In this document: piece by piece, positions 8,181 to 17,437 of the stretch
How positions within the stretch are numbered: the first letter of the stretch is position 1
Layout of the letters: every line of letters begins with the position of its first letter
Source: Candidatus Methylomirabilota bacterium
Lineage (GTDB): Bacteria; Methylomirabilota; Methylomirabilia; Methylomirabilales; CSP1-5
Direction of reading: 5' to 3'
Assembly (NCBI GenBank): GCA_027293415.1
Contig: JAPUFX010000135.1
Span: forward strand, 1-49,012
Length of the DNA: 49,012 nt
Made by a program: the position numbers and the translations under genes
The notes under the pieces: model-generated
Database searches by the model: none
The model's input: the letters and a program-made list of their open reading frames with translations, nothing else
Told to the model about the DNA's origin: nothing

Positions 8181-8960
8181 ATGGGGGAGTATATCGAGAT
8201 TGAGGGAGGGGTGGTTCGTCTCCTCCGTCATAGTGGGCAGGGCGAGGCCGTCCTCGATAGAGAAGTCTCGCTCCATACCTTTCTCCAAACCCTCCTTGCT
8301 ACCACGGGCGGTTTCTGCCGCCTTCCTGTCCTTCCCATCGGCACACGGTTCGTCCTGGGCCGGGGGTCGGATCTGCTGATTGCCGTGGAGCAGCCCCCCC
8401 AGGTTCGCCACTTCACCTGGCGGCCGGCCGGGCCGCAGGGAGCGGCCCGAGATTATGCAGTGGCCTTTCCCTACATTCTGTACCTGTTGCTCTTCCACGA
8501 GGAGTCCTTCGACGAGATGCGAATTTACTGCCGCCCTGCTCCGCTGACCTCGGATACTGACCCCCTGTATCTGTCAAACCTTTGGAATGTTTCCGCAACG
8601 GAGATGCCCATGGCCAAGTGTCGGGCCTGCCTTCAGGGTCGCCCTCCGTTCGACGATCTGACCCTCGCCGCGCAAGTGCAAGCTGTCATCGAGTTCTTCT
8701 GGGGGACCGGTTTCAATACCGCCATCGAAGAGAGTTGCTTTCAGCGGGCGGCAAAGCGCGATAGCCGCATTGCCACCCTGGAGGCGTGGGAAGTGGCGAG
8801 CCGACAGAATTCTCTTTTCCCCCTCGGGGTGGATTGGGAGCCAGTGGGGATGGGTCTCAGCGAGATTGCGGATGGGCTCATGGCCTGGCGGGGGGCTCCC
8901 CCACCTATTGACGATACAGCGGACTTGGTAGATCTCATCTATCGGGTCCAGGAGGGGTGA
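8181..8960 (+). CDS. Prokaryotic E2-like (Prok-E2_D / PRTRC protein B-like) conjugating protein
   Basis: FPYILYLL...LYLSNLWNV...CRACLQG...FFWGTGFN...LEAWE pattern; candidate Cys codons at 8619 and 8628; SD GGAGG before ATG 8181; context. Confidence 0.75.
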   Translation: MGEYIEIEGGVVRLLRHSGQGEAVLDREVSLHTFLQTLLATTGGFCRLPVLPIGTRFVLGRGSDLLIAVEQPPQVRHFTWRPAGPQGAARDYAVAFPYILYLLLFHEESFDEMRIYCRPAPLTSDTDPLYLSNLWNVSATEMPMAKCRACLQGRPPFDDLTLAAQVQAVIEFFWGTGFNTAIEESCFQRAAKRDSRIATLEAWEVASRQNSLFPLGVDWEPVGMGLSEIADGLMAWRGAPPPIDDTADLVDLIYRVQEG

Positions 8961-8964
8961 GGGA

Positions 8965-9633
8965 TTGTTCCCGATCTATCTAAAGGAGCCGGGGTTTCAC
9001 GAGCCCGAAGAGTCGATTTACTATCTGGTGACGAGGGACGGCCTCTTCCAGGTCAAGCGGACCCCCCTCTTTCGCTCTCGGATTCGGGTCCCGGGGCTCT
9101 CATGGCTCGAGGAAGAGCAGGAAGGCGCAGATTTCCTCCTTCCGGTCATTCCAGCGAAGATCTTGGGGGAAACCATGGCCTTCTTCCGGGAGGTCTTTCG
9201 GAAGTATCGTGCCGAGGCTGCTGTCCTTGTCTATATCCGCGAGGGGGATGGGGAGTACGAGATCCGGATTCCCCCCCAGACGGTGGCGGGAGGGCATTGC
9301 CGGTATGAGGTCGGTCCGAACCCTGCCGGCCTTCGCCGGGTAGGGACGATTCACAGCCACGCCGCGGTCGAGGCCTTTCATTCGGAGCTGGATGATGTGG
9401 ACGAGCAGTATGACGATGGGGTCCATGTGACCATTGGATCCCTCCACGCGAAACCCACCGTCTCTTGCTCGCTCGTCGTGGACGGTCGGCGCTTCGATCT
9501 CCGGCCGGAGGCGATCCTAGAAGTGATGCCGTGGCAACTGGACCCGACAATCCGGCTCGAGGACTCGCAGGAGGTGACAGCAGAGCCCCCGCCCGGAGAT
9601 TCGGATCCCACCGGCCGGCCCTCTGCCATTTAA
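8965..9633 (+). CDS. JAB/JAMM (MPN+) metallopeptidase, Prok-JAB / PRTRC protein A-like
   Basis: Exact HxH-x7-S-x2-D motif HSHAAVEAFHSELD (H130, H132, S140, D143) and upstream Glu in AEAAV; TTG start. Confidence 0.9.
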   Translation: MFPIYLKEPGFHEPEESIYYLVTRDGLFQVKRTPLFRSRIRVPGLSWLEEEQEGADFLLPVIPAKILGETMAFFREVFRKYRAEAAVLVYIREGDGEYEIRIPPQTVAGGHCRYEVGPNPAGLRRVGTIHSHAAVEAFHSELDDVDEQYDDGVHVTIGSLHAKPTVSCSLVVDGRRFDLRPEAILEVMPWQLDPTIRLEDSQEVTAEPPPGDSDPTGRPSAI

Positions 9634-9639
9634 GGAAGG

Positions 9640-9715
9640 GTCCAAAGTCCGAGGTCCGAAGTCGACCAGTCTCCTGGGGTCTTCGGTTTTTGACGCTGGA
9701 CTTTGGACGTCGGAC
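9640..9715. repeat. Heptamer tandem-repeat hairpin (GTCCNNN units)
   Basis: gtccaaa gtccgag gtccgaa gtcgacc ... ttttgac gctggac tttggac gtcggac. Confidence 0.8.
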
Positions 9716-9724
9716 GAATAGACA

Positions 9725-10408
9725 ATGATGGAGATCAAGGTCATCGGTATTGGGGGGATTGGCTGCGCCCTTCTCCCTTTCCTCGCCAGGTATCTCAATT
9801 ACCGAGGGGAGCGGGTGCGCATCGCCCTCATTGACGGGGATGAGTTTCAGCGGTCAAATGCGGACAGACAAGCCTTTGGGACGTTGGGAAACAAAGCAAA
9901 GGTGAAGGCCGGTGAGTTGGCTCGAGAGTTTGAGGGCCTTTCCTTCCGGGCCGTCCCCGAATATATCACTGAGACGAACATCGCCCAGCACCTCCAAGAA
10001 GGGGACACGATTTTTCTCGCGGTAGACAACCATAAGACGCGAAAGTTGGTGAGTGACTATTGCGAGAAGCTCACGGCCATGGCCTTGATTTCTGGGGGGA
10101 ATGATTTTACGGATGGCAATGTTCAGATTCATATCCGTCAAGGAGGTCGCGACCGAACGGCACCTATCACTCGATTTCATCCGGAGATTCGGGATCCCCA
10201 AGATCGTTCACCTGCAGAAATGTCGTGTGAGGAGCTGATGGAGCGTGGTGCACCCCAGCTCCTCTTTACGAATCTCACCATTGCTTCGGCGATGCTCAAC
10301 GCGTTCTATAGCACCTGCGAAGAAAAACTGCAGTACGGCGAGGTATACCTTGATATCATCGAGGGGAAGAGCAATCCGCTCAAGCGCGAGGGAGAGCGAG
10401 AGCCATGA
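9725..10408 (+). CDS. E1/ThiF-family adenylyltransferase
   Basis: GIGGIG, IDGD, SNADRQ, NKA, AVDN..R, ISGGND; C-terminal SCEE (C168) candidate catalytic Cys; no Zn-binding CxxC pairs. Confidence 0.92.
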   Translation: MMEIKVIGIGGIGCALLPFLARYLNYRGERVRIALIDGDEFQRSNADRQAFGTLGNKAKVKAGELAREFEGLSFRAVPEYITETNIAQHLQEGDTIFLAVDNHKTRKLVSDYCEKLTAMALISGGNDFTDGNVQIHIRQGGRDRTAPITRFHPEIRDPQDRSPAEMSCEELMERGAPQLLFTNLTIASAMLNAFYSTCEEKLQYGEVYLDIIEGKSNPLKREGEREP

Positions 10409-10674
10409 CCGAGCCACTGAAACAGGCGCAACGGGTGCGTCCGGCATCCCCGACAGGGACGCAGGAGACCGTGAGGGTTATCTATGGGGTCCATTCCCTT
10501 GACGCGAACGTCGCCGGTCGAACCGTCGGAGAGATCCGCGCCGCGTTGAGGCAGGCGTTGAACATCGGCCCCCAGGCCGTTGCGGTCGTTGATGGCCAGG
10601 AAGTCAAGGAGAGTTTCGTTCTTCAAACAGGGGAGATTTTGGAATTTGTCCGCCTTGCCGGCGAAAAAGGCTGA
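10405..10674 (+). CDS. Ubiquitin-like beta-grasp protein (EsaB/ThiS-like, PRTRC protein C-like)
   Basis: TVGEIRAAL...AVVDGQEV...VLQTGEILEFVRLAGEKG* C-terminal Gly; ATGA overlap with the E1 stop. Confidence 0.85.
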   Translation: MTEPLKQAQRVRPASPTGTQETVRVIYGVHSLDANVAGRTVGEIRAALRQALNIGPQAVAVVDGQEVKESFVLQTGEILEFVRLAGEKG

Positions 10675-10688
10675 GGGGAAAAATCACT

Positions 10689-11273
10689 TTAGATTGAGAG
10701 AGGCCGTAAGAGCGTGAGTGAGATGCCCGCCACTAGTGGGATGGTGACATTGTCATCCACAGGTAGGGGAAGGACCTCCGTCACCGTAGCGATCGAAGCC
10801 ACCAAAAAGGAGGTGGCGGGGGAGAAGAAAGGGAGCATCACCAGGCAGGCAGTGATCAGAAAGGCGACTGTTCCCGCCAGGGTTTTCCTCTGACCAATCC
10901 GATAACCTCCAACCGCTTGCCCAACAACCGATGCGGCAGTGTCGGCGCAGGCCAGGATCAAAAGGGCGGCAATGGCGATGGTCCGCTCGAACATGAGGAT
11001 GGTGAACCAGCAGGCTAAAAAATAATACGTCGCCCCCGTGAGGCGGTTCTCTTCCCCGGGGCGCATGGCTACCTGGAACAACAAACGAAACCAACGGTTC
11101 ACGGCAGGCCACCAGAGGCGAAGAAGGTCTGCCCCGATGAAGGGGAGACCGAGGGTCCCCAGGATGAGGAGGGCCTCGAGCTTTGTCAGATTGAGAACCA
11201 GATAAAGAAGAGGAATAAGGCCGCCGACGAGGTGAATAATCTTACGAGCCGACTCGGAAGATGGAAGCAGCAC
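10689..11273 (-). CDS. Polyprenol/phytol/diacylglycerol kinase-like membrane protein (cytidylyltransferase family)
   Basis: RKIIHL, GATYY, ADTAASVVG, KTLAGT, DDNVTIP; multiple TM segments. Confidence 0.85.
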   Translation of the reverse strand: MLLPSSESARKIIHLVGGLIPLLYLVLNLTKLEALLILGTLGLPFIGADLLRLWWPAVNRWFRLLFQVAMRPGEENRLTGATYYFLACWFTILMFERTIAIAALLILACADTAASVVGQAVGGYRIGQRKTLAGTVAFLITACLVMLPFFSPATSFLVASIATVTEVLPLPVDDNVTIPLVAGISLTLLRPLSI

Positions 11274-11642
11274 CCACCCCCTCCTTTTCCGATCCCCTCA
11301 GTTCAACGCTAACAGGTACTGCCCGTCGTGGATCTTCTCGACGACCTCCTTGATCGTGAAAGTCGTCCGCTCATCTCTCTCCGCCGTCCCCATACCATAG
11401 GGACGTGGGGCAGTCAACGTCTTAAGCGATTGTCCGAGGCGCAGGCCACGGCCCAAGCCCCGGTGAGAAAATAGATTGCTCAAGGGGGGGTGCACTCGTC
11501 GTGGAGAAGGGTCTTACGAGGGGTGAGGTTCTAGAAGTGTATCCAGGAATGAGGACTAGATGGATGGTGGAACACCAACCATCTAGAACCGACGGGGAGC
11601 AAGTACGGGTTTCGGAAGAGGGGAGAGTGCGCCTGATACAGT

Positions 11643-11694
11643 GTGCAATGTTTGCACGATCGTGCAAGGTTTGCACGTCCGAATCAATAACTTG
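11643..11694. promoter_or_regulatory. Tandem palindromic protein-binding site with adjacent IHF consensus
   Basis: GTGCAA-N3-TTGCAC-GATC-GTGCAA-N3-TTGCAC (11643-11676); AATCAATAACTTG (11682-11694) fits WATCAANNNNTTR. Confidence 0.55.
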
Positions 11695-11835
11695 TAACAG
11701 GTCAGTGAAGCGGAAATAGATCAATGCTTCCAGCTGGAGGGTCTCAGGAAGTGGGCAGGGGGAATTTTTTTGAGGTGATGAATCCAGATGAATTGGGGGG
11801 TCTGGACGGGGTGAATGAGAGAATGTTGCAGGTTA

Positions 11836-13731
11836 TTACAACGCTTGAGGTCCCGGAGCCTGGGTGGGGACCGGGACAGTAATCCTGGTGCCCGCGCGGA
11901 TCCGGTGTGGATTCTTCAGCTGATTCATCTCCATCAGGACTGGCACGGTGGTTCCGTGCCGCTGGGCGATGGTAGACAGTGTCTCGCCTCGACGGACCCG
12001 GTGCTGGCGCCATGTCACGTGACGTGCTTGGGGAGCTTCAGGGTGAATCCGCAACGTGTGGCCGGGGTAAATACGGGAGCCGTTCAGGTTGTTCCAACGC
12101 TTCAAATCCTGGGTGCTCACCCGATGGGCGCGACCGATATCCCAGAGGGTGTCGCCGCGCCTGACGACATAATGTGAAGAATTTGAAGATGAAAAGATTT
12201 TCTCGTTCTTGCCTGGCCTCGTGGTGCTTGGGGCCTGGGCGACGGTAAAAGCGGGGACTGGAACAGTAATCCTGGTGCCCGCGCGGATTCGGTGTGGATT
12301 CTTCAGATGGTTCATCTCCATCAGGACCGTTACCGTAGTCCGAAACCGCCGGGCGATGGTAGAAAGAGCCTCCCCTCGCCGAATCCGGTGCTGCCGCCAC
12401 ACAACACGGCGCACCTGGGGAAGCTGCTCGAGAGCCTCGAGGAAGTTGGCTCTACTTCCAGGGGGAAGGTTAAGAAGATATCCCTCCTGAGGCGGGGTCA
12501 CAAGGCGCCTCAGCTCGGGGTTCAGATCCTTGAGTTCTTTTATGCTCACGCCGGCGGCCTTGGCCAACAGCCGGAGATCCGTGGGCTGAGGCAAGGCGAC
12601 TTGGTCCACCTGCCACGGTTGCTCCACGGGTGGTTCGAAGCCGTACGCCTCAGGATCCTTGGCGATGATGGTCATTGCCATAAATGCAGGGACGAAATAC
12701 CTGGTTTCCCGGGGGACTTTGAGATTCCAAAAGTTTGTGGTTCTTTGGCGTCGGATGGCTCGTTTGACCTTTCCCTCACCCGAATTGTAGGCGGCAATGG
12801 CTAAAGGCCACGAGTGAAATATTGCATACAATTCCGAGAGGTAATCCGCCGCCGCGGCACTAGCCTTCACCGGGTCTCGGCGTTCGTCCACCCACCAATT
12901 AGTCGTTAAGCCATATTTACGGCCGGTCCCTCTTATGAACTGCCACAGGCCCACTGCCCTCGCTCGGGAGTAAGCGTAAAGCTTAAATGAACTTTCAATA
13001 TAGGCCAGGTTTACTAGGTCCAGGGGCAGACCCTTTTCCGCGAAGATCTCCCGCATCAGGGGAAGATATCGACCCGAGCGCTCCAGAGCCTTGGCGATTT
13101 CATCCCGCTTCTTGGTGCTGAAGAGATCAACGAATCTCTGTACCCGCCGGTTCAATTCTATAGGCACATCGTAACTGATCTCCGGTTTCACTGGGGGCGA
13201 GAGTTCGGGAATGGCTTGCTCCAAGGCACGCAAATCCTCGGAAGTGATCAGCGAGCCTTCCCCGTCAAAGGGGATCTCGGTCATTAACTGGATCGCGGCT
13301 AACTCGTCCGAGAACGCTTTGACTTCCTTCAACGTTTCTGCCCGGCGTCTCGCCACCTCATGTGTCACGCTTGCACCATCGCTCAGCAGGAGGTCACGGG
13401 CGCGGCTGAGCAGTGTCATCGCCTCGTGGTCCTGGCCCATTTCCGCCTGCCGCTTGGCCTGGCGGAGGAGTTCGCGGGCCTCCGTCAGGAGAAGATCGTC
13501 GGATAGGACATCCGTCGCTGTGATTGAGGAGGTCGGAGGACGCGGTATGGCAAGCGCCAGCGGCGGCATGTGCGAGTAGAGAGGTTTCTGTGGGCCATCT
13601 GATTCCCACGTCGGCCGGGGACTGCTGGGGGGTGGCACGGTGCTATTACGAAGAGCGAATGGGCCAGTACAACCCATAAGGAGGATGCTGCTTACAGACA
13701 GCAACCTCGTCAACCTACGCTTAGAACCCAC
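11836..13731 (-). CDS. mltD: Membrane-bound lytic murein transglycosylase D-like lipoprotein with LysM repeats
   Basis: Lipobox LMGC; AYIESSF, AVGLWQFI, AIAAYNSGEG, ETRYFVP SLT motifs; three C-terminal LysM repeats; start moved to GTG 13731. Confidence 0.92.
   Translation of the reverse strand: MGSKRRLTRLLSVSSILLMGCTGPFALRNSTVPPPSSPRPTWESDGPQKPLYSHMPPLALAIPRPPTSSITATDVLSDDLLLTEARELLRQAKRQAEMGQDHEAMTLLSRARDLLLSDGASVTHEVARRRAETLKEVKAFSDELAAIQLMTEIPFDGEGSLITSEDLRALEQAIPELSPPVKPEISYDVPIELNRRVQRFVDLFSTKKRDEIAKALERSGRYLPLMREIFAEKGLPLDLVNLAYIESSFKLYAYSRARAVGLWQFIRGTGRKYGLTTNWWVDERRDPVKASAAAADYLSELYAIFHSWPLAIAAYNSGEGKVKRAIRRQRTTNFWNLKVPRETRYFVPAFMAMTIIAKDPEAYGFEPPVEQPWQVDQVALPQPTDLRLLAKAAGVSIKELKDLNPELRRLVTPPQEGYLLNLPPGSRANFLEALEQLPQVRRVVWRQHRIRRGEALSTIARRFRTTVTVLMEMNHLKNPHRIRAGTRITVPVPAFTVAQAPSTTRPGKNEKIFSSSNSSHYVVRRGDTLWDIGRAHRVSTQDLKRWNNLNGSRIYPGHTLRIHPEAPQARHVTWRQHRVRRGETLSTIAQRHGTTVPVLMEMNQLKNPHRIRAGTRITVPVPTQAPGPQAL
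11876..12327 (-). repeat. Intragenic LysM duplication (11876-11940 vs 12263-12327)
   Basis: 62/65 nt identical, offset 387 nt (129 codons). Confidence 0.85.
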
Positions 13732-13741
13732 CCTCTCCTCC

Positions 13742-14626
13742 CTATAGTGCCGCGGTGGACGAGTGATCTTCACCCAGACGTCCTAGCGCTTTGCGAAGAG
13801 CGGGAAGGACGCGTTGGGTGGCCTTATACCCGGCTTCCTCAATGGTGTCAAGCCTATCGAAGGCAAATATTCCGTGCGACTCAATCGCCGCCGAGGACAC
13901 CTGGAAGACCTTTGCTCCTTGAGCCTTGCAGCGGTGTACTTCCCAGAGGCTCGGAAGTCTGCTGACATCTCGGTAAAAGCGCCACAAAGCATCACCCAGG
14001 GGTCCTGATGCTCGTCGCATTGGGGGGCCAAGATTCACCGCCAAGACTACCCGTGCTCCCCTTTCTACGGCTTCCTTCACGGGGAGATTGCCGCTCATAC
14101 CGCCGTCCAAGTAATAGTGTTTCCCCACTCGGACCGGCGGGTGGGAGGGGACGGCGGTACTGGCTAGGATCGCCTCTACAACCGAGTCGGTCGGTTGGTC
14201 CCCGAAGACCACCCGGCCCGGTGGAAGGAGGCGAGTTGCGGTAATGTAGAGGGGAAGAGGGAGTTGGCTGAAGGTCAATCCCCTCAAGCCGAGTGCCTCT
14301 TCAATGAAGGCTCGCCGTCGCTCAAGGGAAATCAGGCGCCACGTATCCCAGAAATTCCCTTCTTTCACCTTCGTCTCGTTGTGCAATGCCTGTGCCACCA
14401 GCTCCCTAAGGATTCCTAGAGCCTCTCCCCTGCTCCCTTCTTTGCAGAGGTAGGCGCCAACGATCGCCCCGATGCTGACCCCGACCACTCGCTCCGGCAC
14501 GAGTTGCCCCTCCGAAAGGGCCCGCCAGACGCCAAGGTGGGCAGCCCCCCGGGCTAGACCCCCGCTGAGGACTACGCTGAATCGGTTGGGGGACTTGAGC
14601 ATTGGTGGAAAGTGATTTGAATTCAC
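13742..14626 (-). CDS. Patatin-like phospholipase
   Basis: SGGLARGAAHLG, GVSIG nucleophile elbow, DGG; GTGA overlap with the cutA stop. Confidence 0.88.
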   Translation of the reverse strand: MNSNHFPPMLKSPNRFSVVLSGGLARGAAHLGVWRALSEGQLVPERVVGVSIGAIVGAYLCKEGSRGEALGILRELVAQALHNETKVKEGNFWDTWRLISLERRRAFIEEALGLRGLTFSQLPLPLYITATRLLPPGRVVFGDQPTDSVVEAILASTAVPSHPPVRVGKHYYLDGGMSGNLPVKEAVERGARVVLAVNLGPPMRRASGPLGDALWRFYRDVSRLPSLWEVHRCKAQGAKVFQVSSAAIESHGIFAFDRLDTIEEAGYKATQRVLPALRKALGRLGEDHSSTAAL

Positions 14627-14973
14627 CGGGACTCGGAGTGAGAGGTGGAGTCGTCGATCCAGGAGAGGTAGTCGGGAAGGCCAGAGGTGATCGGTATGGC
14701 GATGATCTCGGGGACAGTATAAGAGTGCAGGGCCCTGACTAGGGCCTGTACCTTAGGGAAAAGATCGGCCCGTCCCTTCCCGATAAGCAAAACCTCCCCC
14801 TCCTCTTGGACCTTGCCTTCCCACCAGAAAAAGGATCGGACTGCCGGCACAAGGTTCAGGCAGGCGGCAAGTCGCTCTTCCAAAAGGGACCTAGCGATCC
14901 TCTCCCCCTCCTCGATTGAGGCGGTAGTGATGAAAAAGACAATGTGGTTCGCCCGGCCTTCTGGTTGGGACAT
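14623..14973 (-). CDS. cutA: Divalent-cation tolerance protein CutA
   Basis: LEERLAACLN, WWEGKV..EGE, HSYTVPEII; start moved to ATG 14973. Confidence 0.93.
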   Translation of the reverse strand: MSQPEGRANHIVFFITTASIEEGERIARSLLEERLAACLNLVPAVRSFFWWEGKVQEEGEVLLIGKGRADLFPKVQALVRALHSYTVPEIIAIPITSGLPDYLSWIDDSTSHSESR

Positions 14974-15373
14974 CGAGTTGTGATCCCGTTCGTTCCCCAG
15001 GGTATCACTTATGGTGTGACTCGATTCTGGCGACACCCGGAAGCCCTTGATCTCTAAATAGGTCGACCGAGCCGCACCCTTCAGTTCATCCAAAACGTCA
15101 ATAGGGTCCTCGATGAGACGGGGTCACGAAACGTGCCCTATACTTTAGGGAAAAGGAGGGAGGTATGTCAAGGAATAGGGAAGGGTGCTACTTCGTAGTC
15201 AACTTTGGGTGCTGCTGTTGTTGCGGTGGCCAAGGACTGTGGGGAAGCCGGAATTGCACGAGGGTTGGATTCGCCTCGGGGGCTTCGATGGTCGCCCTAT
15301 TGCAAAGTTGCCAACGCTCCACCGGAGGAAGCCAATATAATAGACGCAATGAAACCAAATAGTTAGAAGCAGA

Positions 15374-15412
15374 ATGAAATAACTTGACAAATAGACACTA
15401 AGATTTCATATT
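15374..15412 (+). promoter_or_regulatory. dnaK promoter with overlapping inverted repeat (possible HspR operator)
   Basis: TTGACA (15384-15389)-N17-CATATT; ATGAAAT...ATTTCAT arms; CTTGACA-N7-ACTAAGA weakly resembles HAIR. Confidence 0.5.
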
Positions 15413-15475
15413 ATACGTCGGGTAAGAATTTGGAACGTGGGAAGATAACTTCTACTGTTCAAAGGAGGTCCTGAA

Positions 15476-17404
15476 GTGGCAAGAGTCATTGGAATCGATC
15501 TGGGTACAACGAACTCGGCCGTGGCGGTCATGGAAGGAGGCGAGCCCTCTGTCATCACGAATGCGGAAGGCGCGAGAATTACCCCTTCAGTCGTTGCCTT
15601 CTCAAAGGATGGGGAGCGGCTGGTAGGCCAGGTGGCAAAGCGGCAGGCGATCACGAATCCTGACAATACGATCTTTTCCATCAAGCGATTCATGGGCCGC
15701 CGCTACGAGGAAGTACTCCACGAGATAAAGCTCGTTCCCTACAAGGTGGAAAAGGGCCCCGGAGGGGATGCGCGGGTCGAGTCCCGGGACAAACAGTATT
15801 CGCCTCCAGAGATCTCGGCCATGATCCTGCAAAAACTCAAGACCGACGCCGAGGCCTATCTGGGAGACAAGGTAACCAAGGCTGTTATCACGGTGCCCGC
15901 TTATTTCAATGATAGTCAGCGACAAGCGACGAAGGACGCTGGGGTCATCGCCGGACTGGAAGTCCTTCGGATCATCAACGAGCCGACGGCCGCCTCTCTG
16001 GCATATGGCCTGGAAAAGAAAAAGGACGAAAAGATCGCCATCTTCGATTTAGGGGGTGGGACGTTCGATGTCTCGATCCTGGAGATCGGCGATGGGGTCT
16101 TCGAGGTCAAAGCGACCAACGGAGATACTCATTTGGGCGGCGACGACTTCGACCAGCGGATCATCGAATGGATCGTCGCCGAGTTCAAGAAGGATCAGGG
16201 GATCGACCTCAGCAAGGATCGGATGGCGCTCCAGCGTCTGAAGGAGGCAGCAGAGAAGGCCAAGTGTGAGCTGTCCACGATCATGGAGACAGAGATCAAT
16301 CTCCCGTTCATCACTGCCGATGCCTCGGGGCCCAAGCACCTCAGCATGAAGCTCACCCGGTCCAAATTGGAGCAGTTGGTCGAGAGTCTCATCGAACGGA
16401 CGGTCGGCCCCGTGCGGCAATGCCTGGAGGATGCCAAACTCAAGCCGGGACAGATCGATGAGGTTATCCTGGTCGGCGGGCAGACCCGGATGCCTCGGGT
16501 CCAGCAAGTGGTGAAGGATGTCTTTGGCAAGGAGCTCCACAAGGGAGTTAATCCTGACGAGGTAGTGGCGATCGGTGCCGCCATTCAGGCCGGGGTGCTG
16601 GCTGGCGATGTTCGGGATGTGGTCCTTTTGGATGTAACACCCCTCTCCGTTGGGATCGAAACCCTGGGCAACGTGATGACTAGACTCATCGAGCGGAATA
16701 CCACCATCCCCACGCGAAAGGGGGAGATCTTCACTACGGCCGCAGATAATCAGACGTCGGTAGAGATCCACGTGCTCCAAGGGGAGCGAGAGATGGCGCG
16801 GGACAACCGCACGTTGGGTCGGTTCCACTTGGTCGGGATTCCGTCGGCTCCCCGGGGGATACCCCAGATCGAGGTGACTTTTGACATCGATGCCAATGGC
16901 ATCCTGAACGTCGGTGCGAAGGATACGGCCACTGCTAAGGAGCAGAAGATCACCATTACCCATTCGAGCGGCTTGGCAAAGGAAGAGATCGATCGGATGG
17001 TGAAGGAAGCCGATTCACATGCGGCGGAGGATAAGCAGCGCCGGAAGGAGATCGAGGCCCGAAACCAACTCGATTCTCTGATCTATACGACGGAAAAGAT
17101 GCTCAACGAGAATCGAGACAAGATTCCGGTGGGTGAGATCTCGGGGATAGAAGAGGCCTTACAGGAGGGAAAGAAAGCCCTTGAATCGGGCAACGCCGAC
17201 CAAATCCGTCAGGCCATCGAGCAGATTACCAAGGCCTCTCACAAGATGGCCGAGGCCATGTATCAGCGAGCCCAGACCGAGCAGCAGGCACCCGGTGCCG
17301 AGACCGCTGGAGAGCAGGCCGCGGGAGGGGAGCGACCGGCGGAGGGAGAGGTTGTAGACGCGGAGTTTGAGGACCTTGGCGGTGGAAAGAAGAGTGAGGG
17401 CTGA
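15476..17404 (+). CDS. dnaK: Chaperone DnaK (Hsp70)
   Basis: [33 protein letters not shown] tail. Confidence 0.99.
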   Translation: MARVIGIDLGTTNSAVAVMEGGEPSVITNAEGARITPSVVAFSKDGERLVGQVAKRQAITNPDNTIFSIKRFMGRRYEEVLHEIKLVPYKVEKGPGGDARVESRDKQYSPPEISAMILQKLKTDAEAYLGDKVTKAVITVPAYFNDSQRQATKDAGVIAGLEVLRIINEPTAASLAYGLEKKKDEKIAIFDLGGGTFDVSILEIGDGVFEVKATNGDTHLGGDDFDQRIIEWIVAEFKKDQGIDLSKDRMALQRLKEAAEKAKCELSTIMETEINLPFITADASGPKHLSMKLTRSKLEQLVESLIERTVGPVRQCLEDAKLKPGQIDEVILVGGQTRMPRVQQVVKDVFGKELHKGVNPDEVVAIGAAIQAGVLAGDVRDVVLLDVTPLSVGIETLGNVMTRLIERNTTIPTRKGEIFTTAADNQTSVEIHVLQGEREMARDNRTLGRFHLVGIPSAPRGIPQIEVTFDIDANGILNVGAKDTATAKEQKITITHSSGLAKEEIDRMVKEADSHAAEDKQRRKEIEARNQLDSLIYTTEKMLNENRDKIPVGEISGIEEALQEGKKALESGNADQIRQAIEQITKASHKMAEAMYQRAQTEQQAPGAETAGEQAAGGERPAEGEVVDAEFEDLGGGKKSEG

Positions 17405-17437
17405 TAGCGCAAAGGGATTCGAAGGAGGTGGCGTGGT

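Noticed and set aside
9640-9715. CRISPR interpretation of the short repeats
   Set aside because: 7-nt degenerate units without unique spacers; no cas genes.
6373-10674. Reading the operon as Pup/UBact-proteasome or as ThiS/MoaD cofactor synthesis
   Set aside because: No PafA/Dop or proteasome subunits; the modifier is beta-grasp-like and ends in Gly; no thiamine, Moco or cysteine synthase genes, while E2 and JAB are present.
11298-11719. Short ORFs 11298-11495 (-) and 11501-11719 (+)
   Set aside because: No SD, no recognisable motifs; the region looks regulatory.
11640-11830. sigma54 promoter associated with the palindrome and IHF site
   Set aside because: No TGGCAC-N5-TTGC on either strand at a suitable position.
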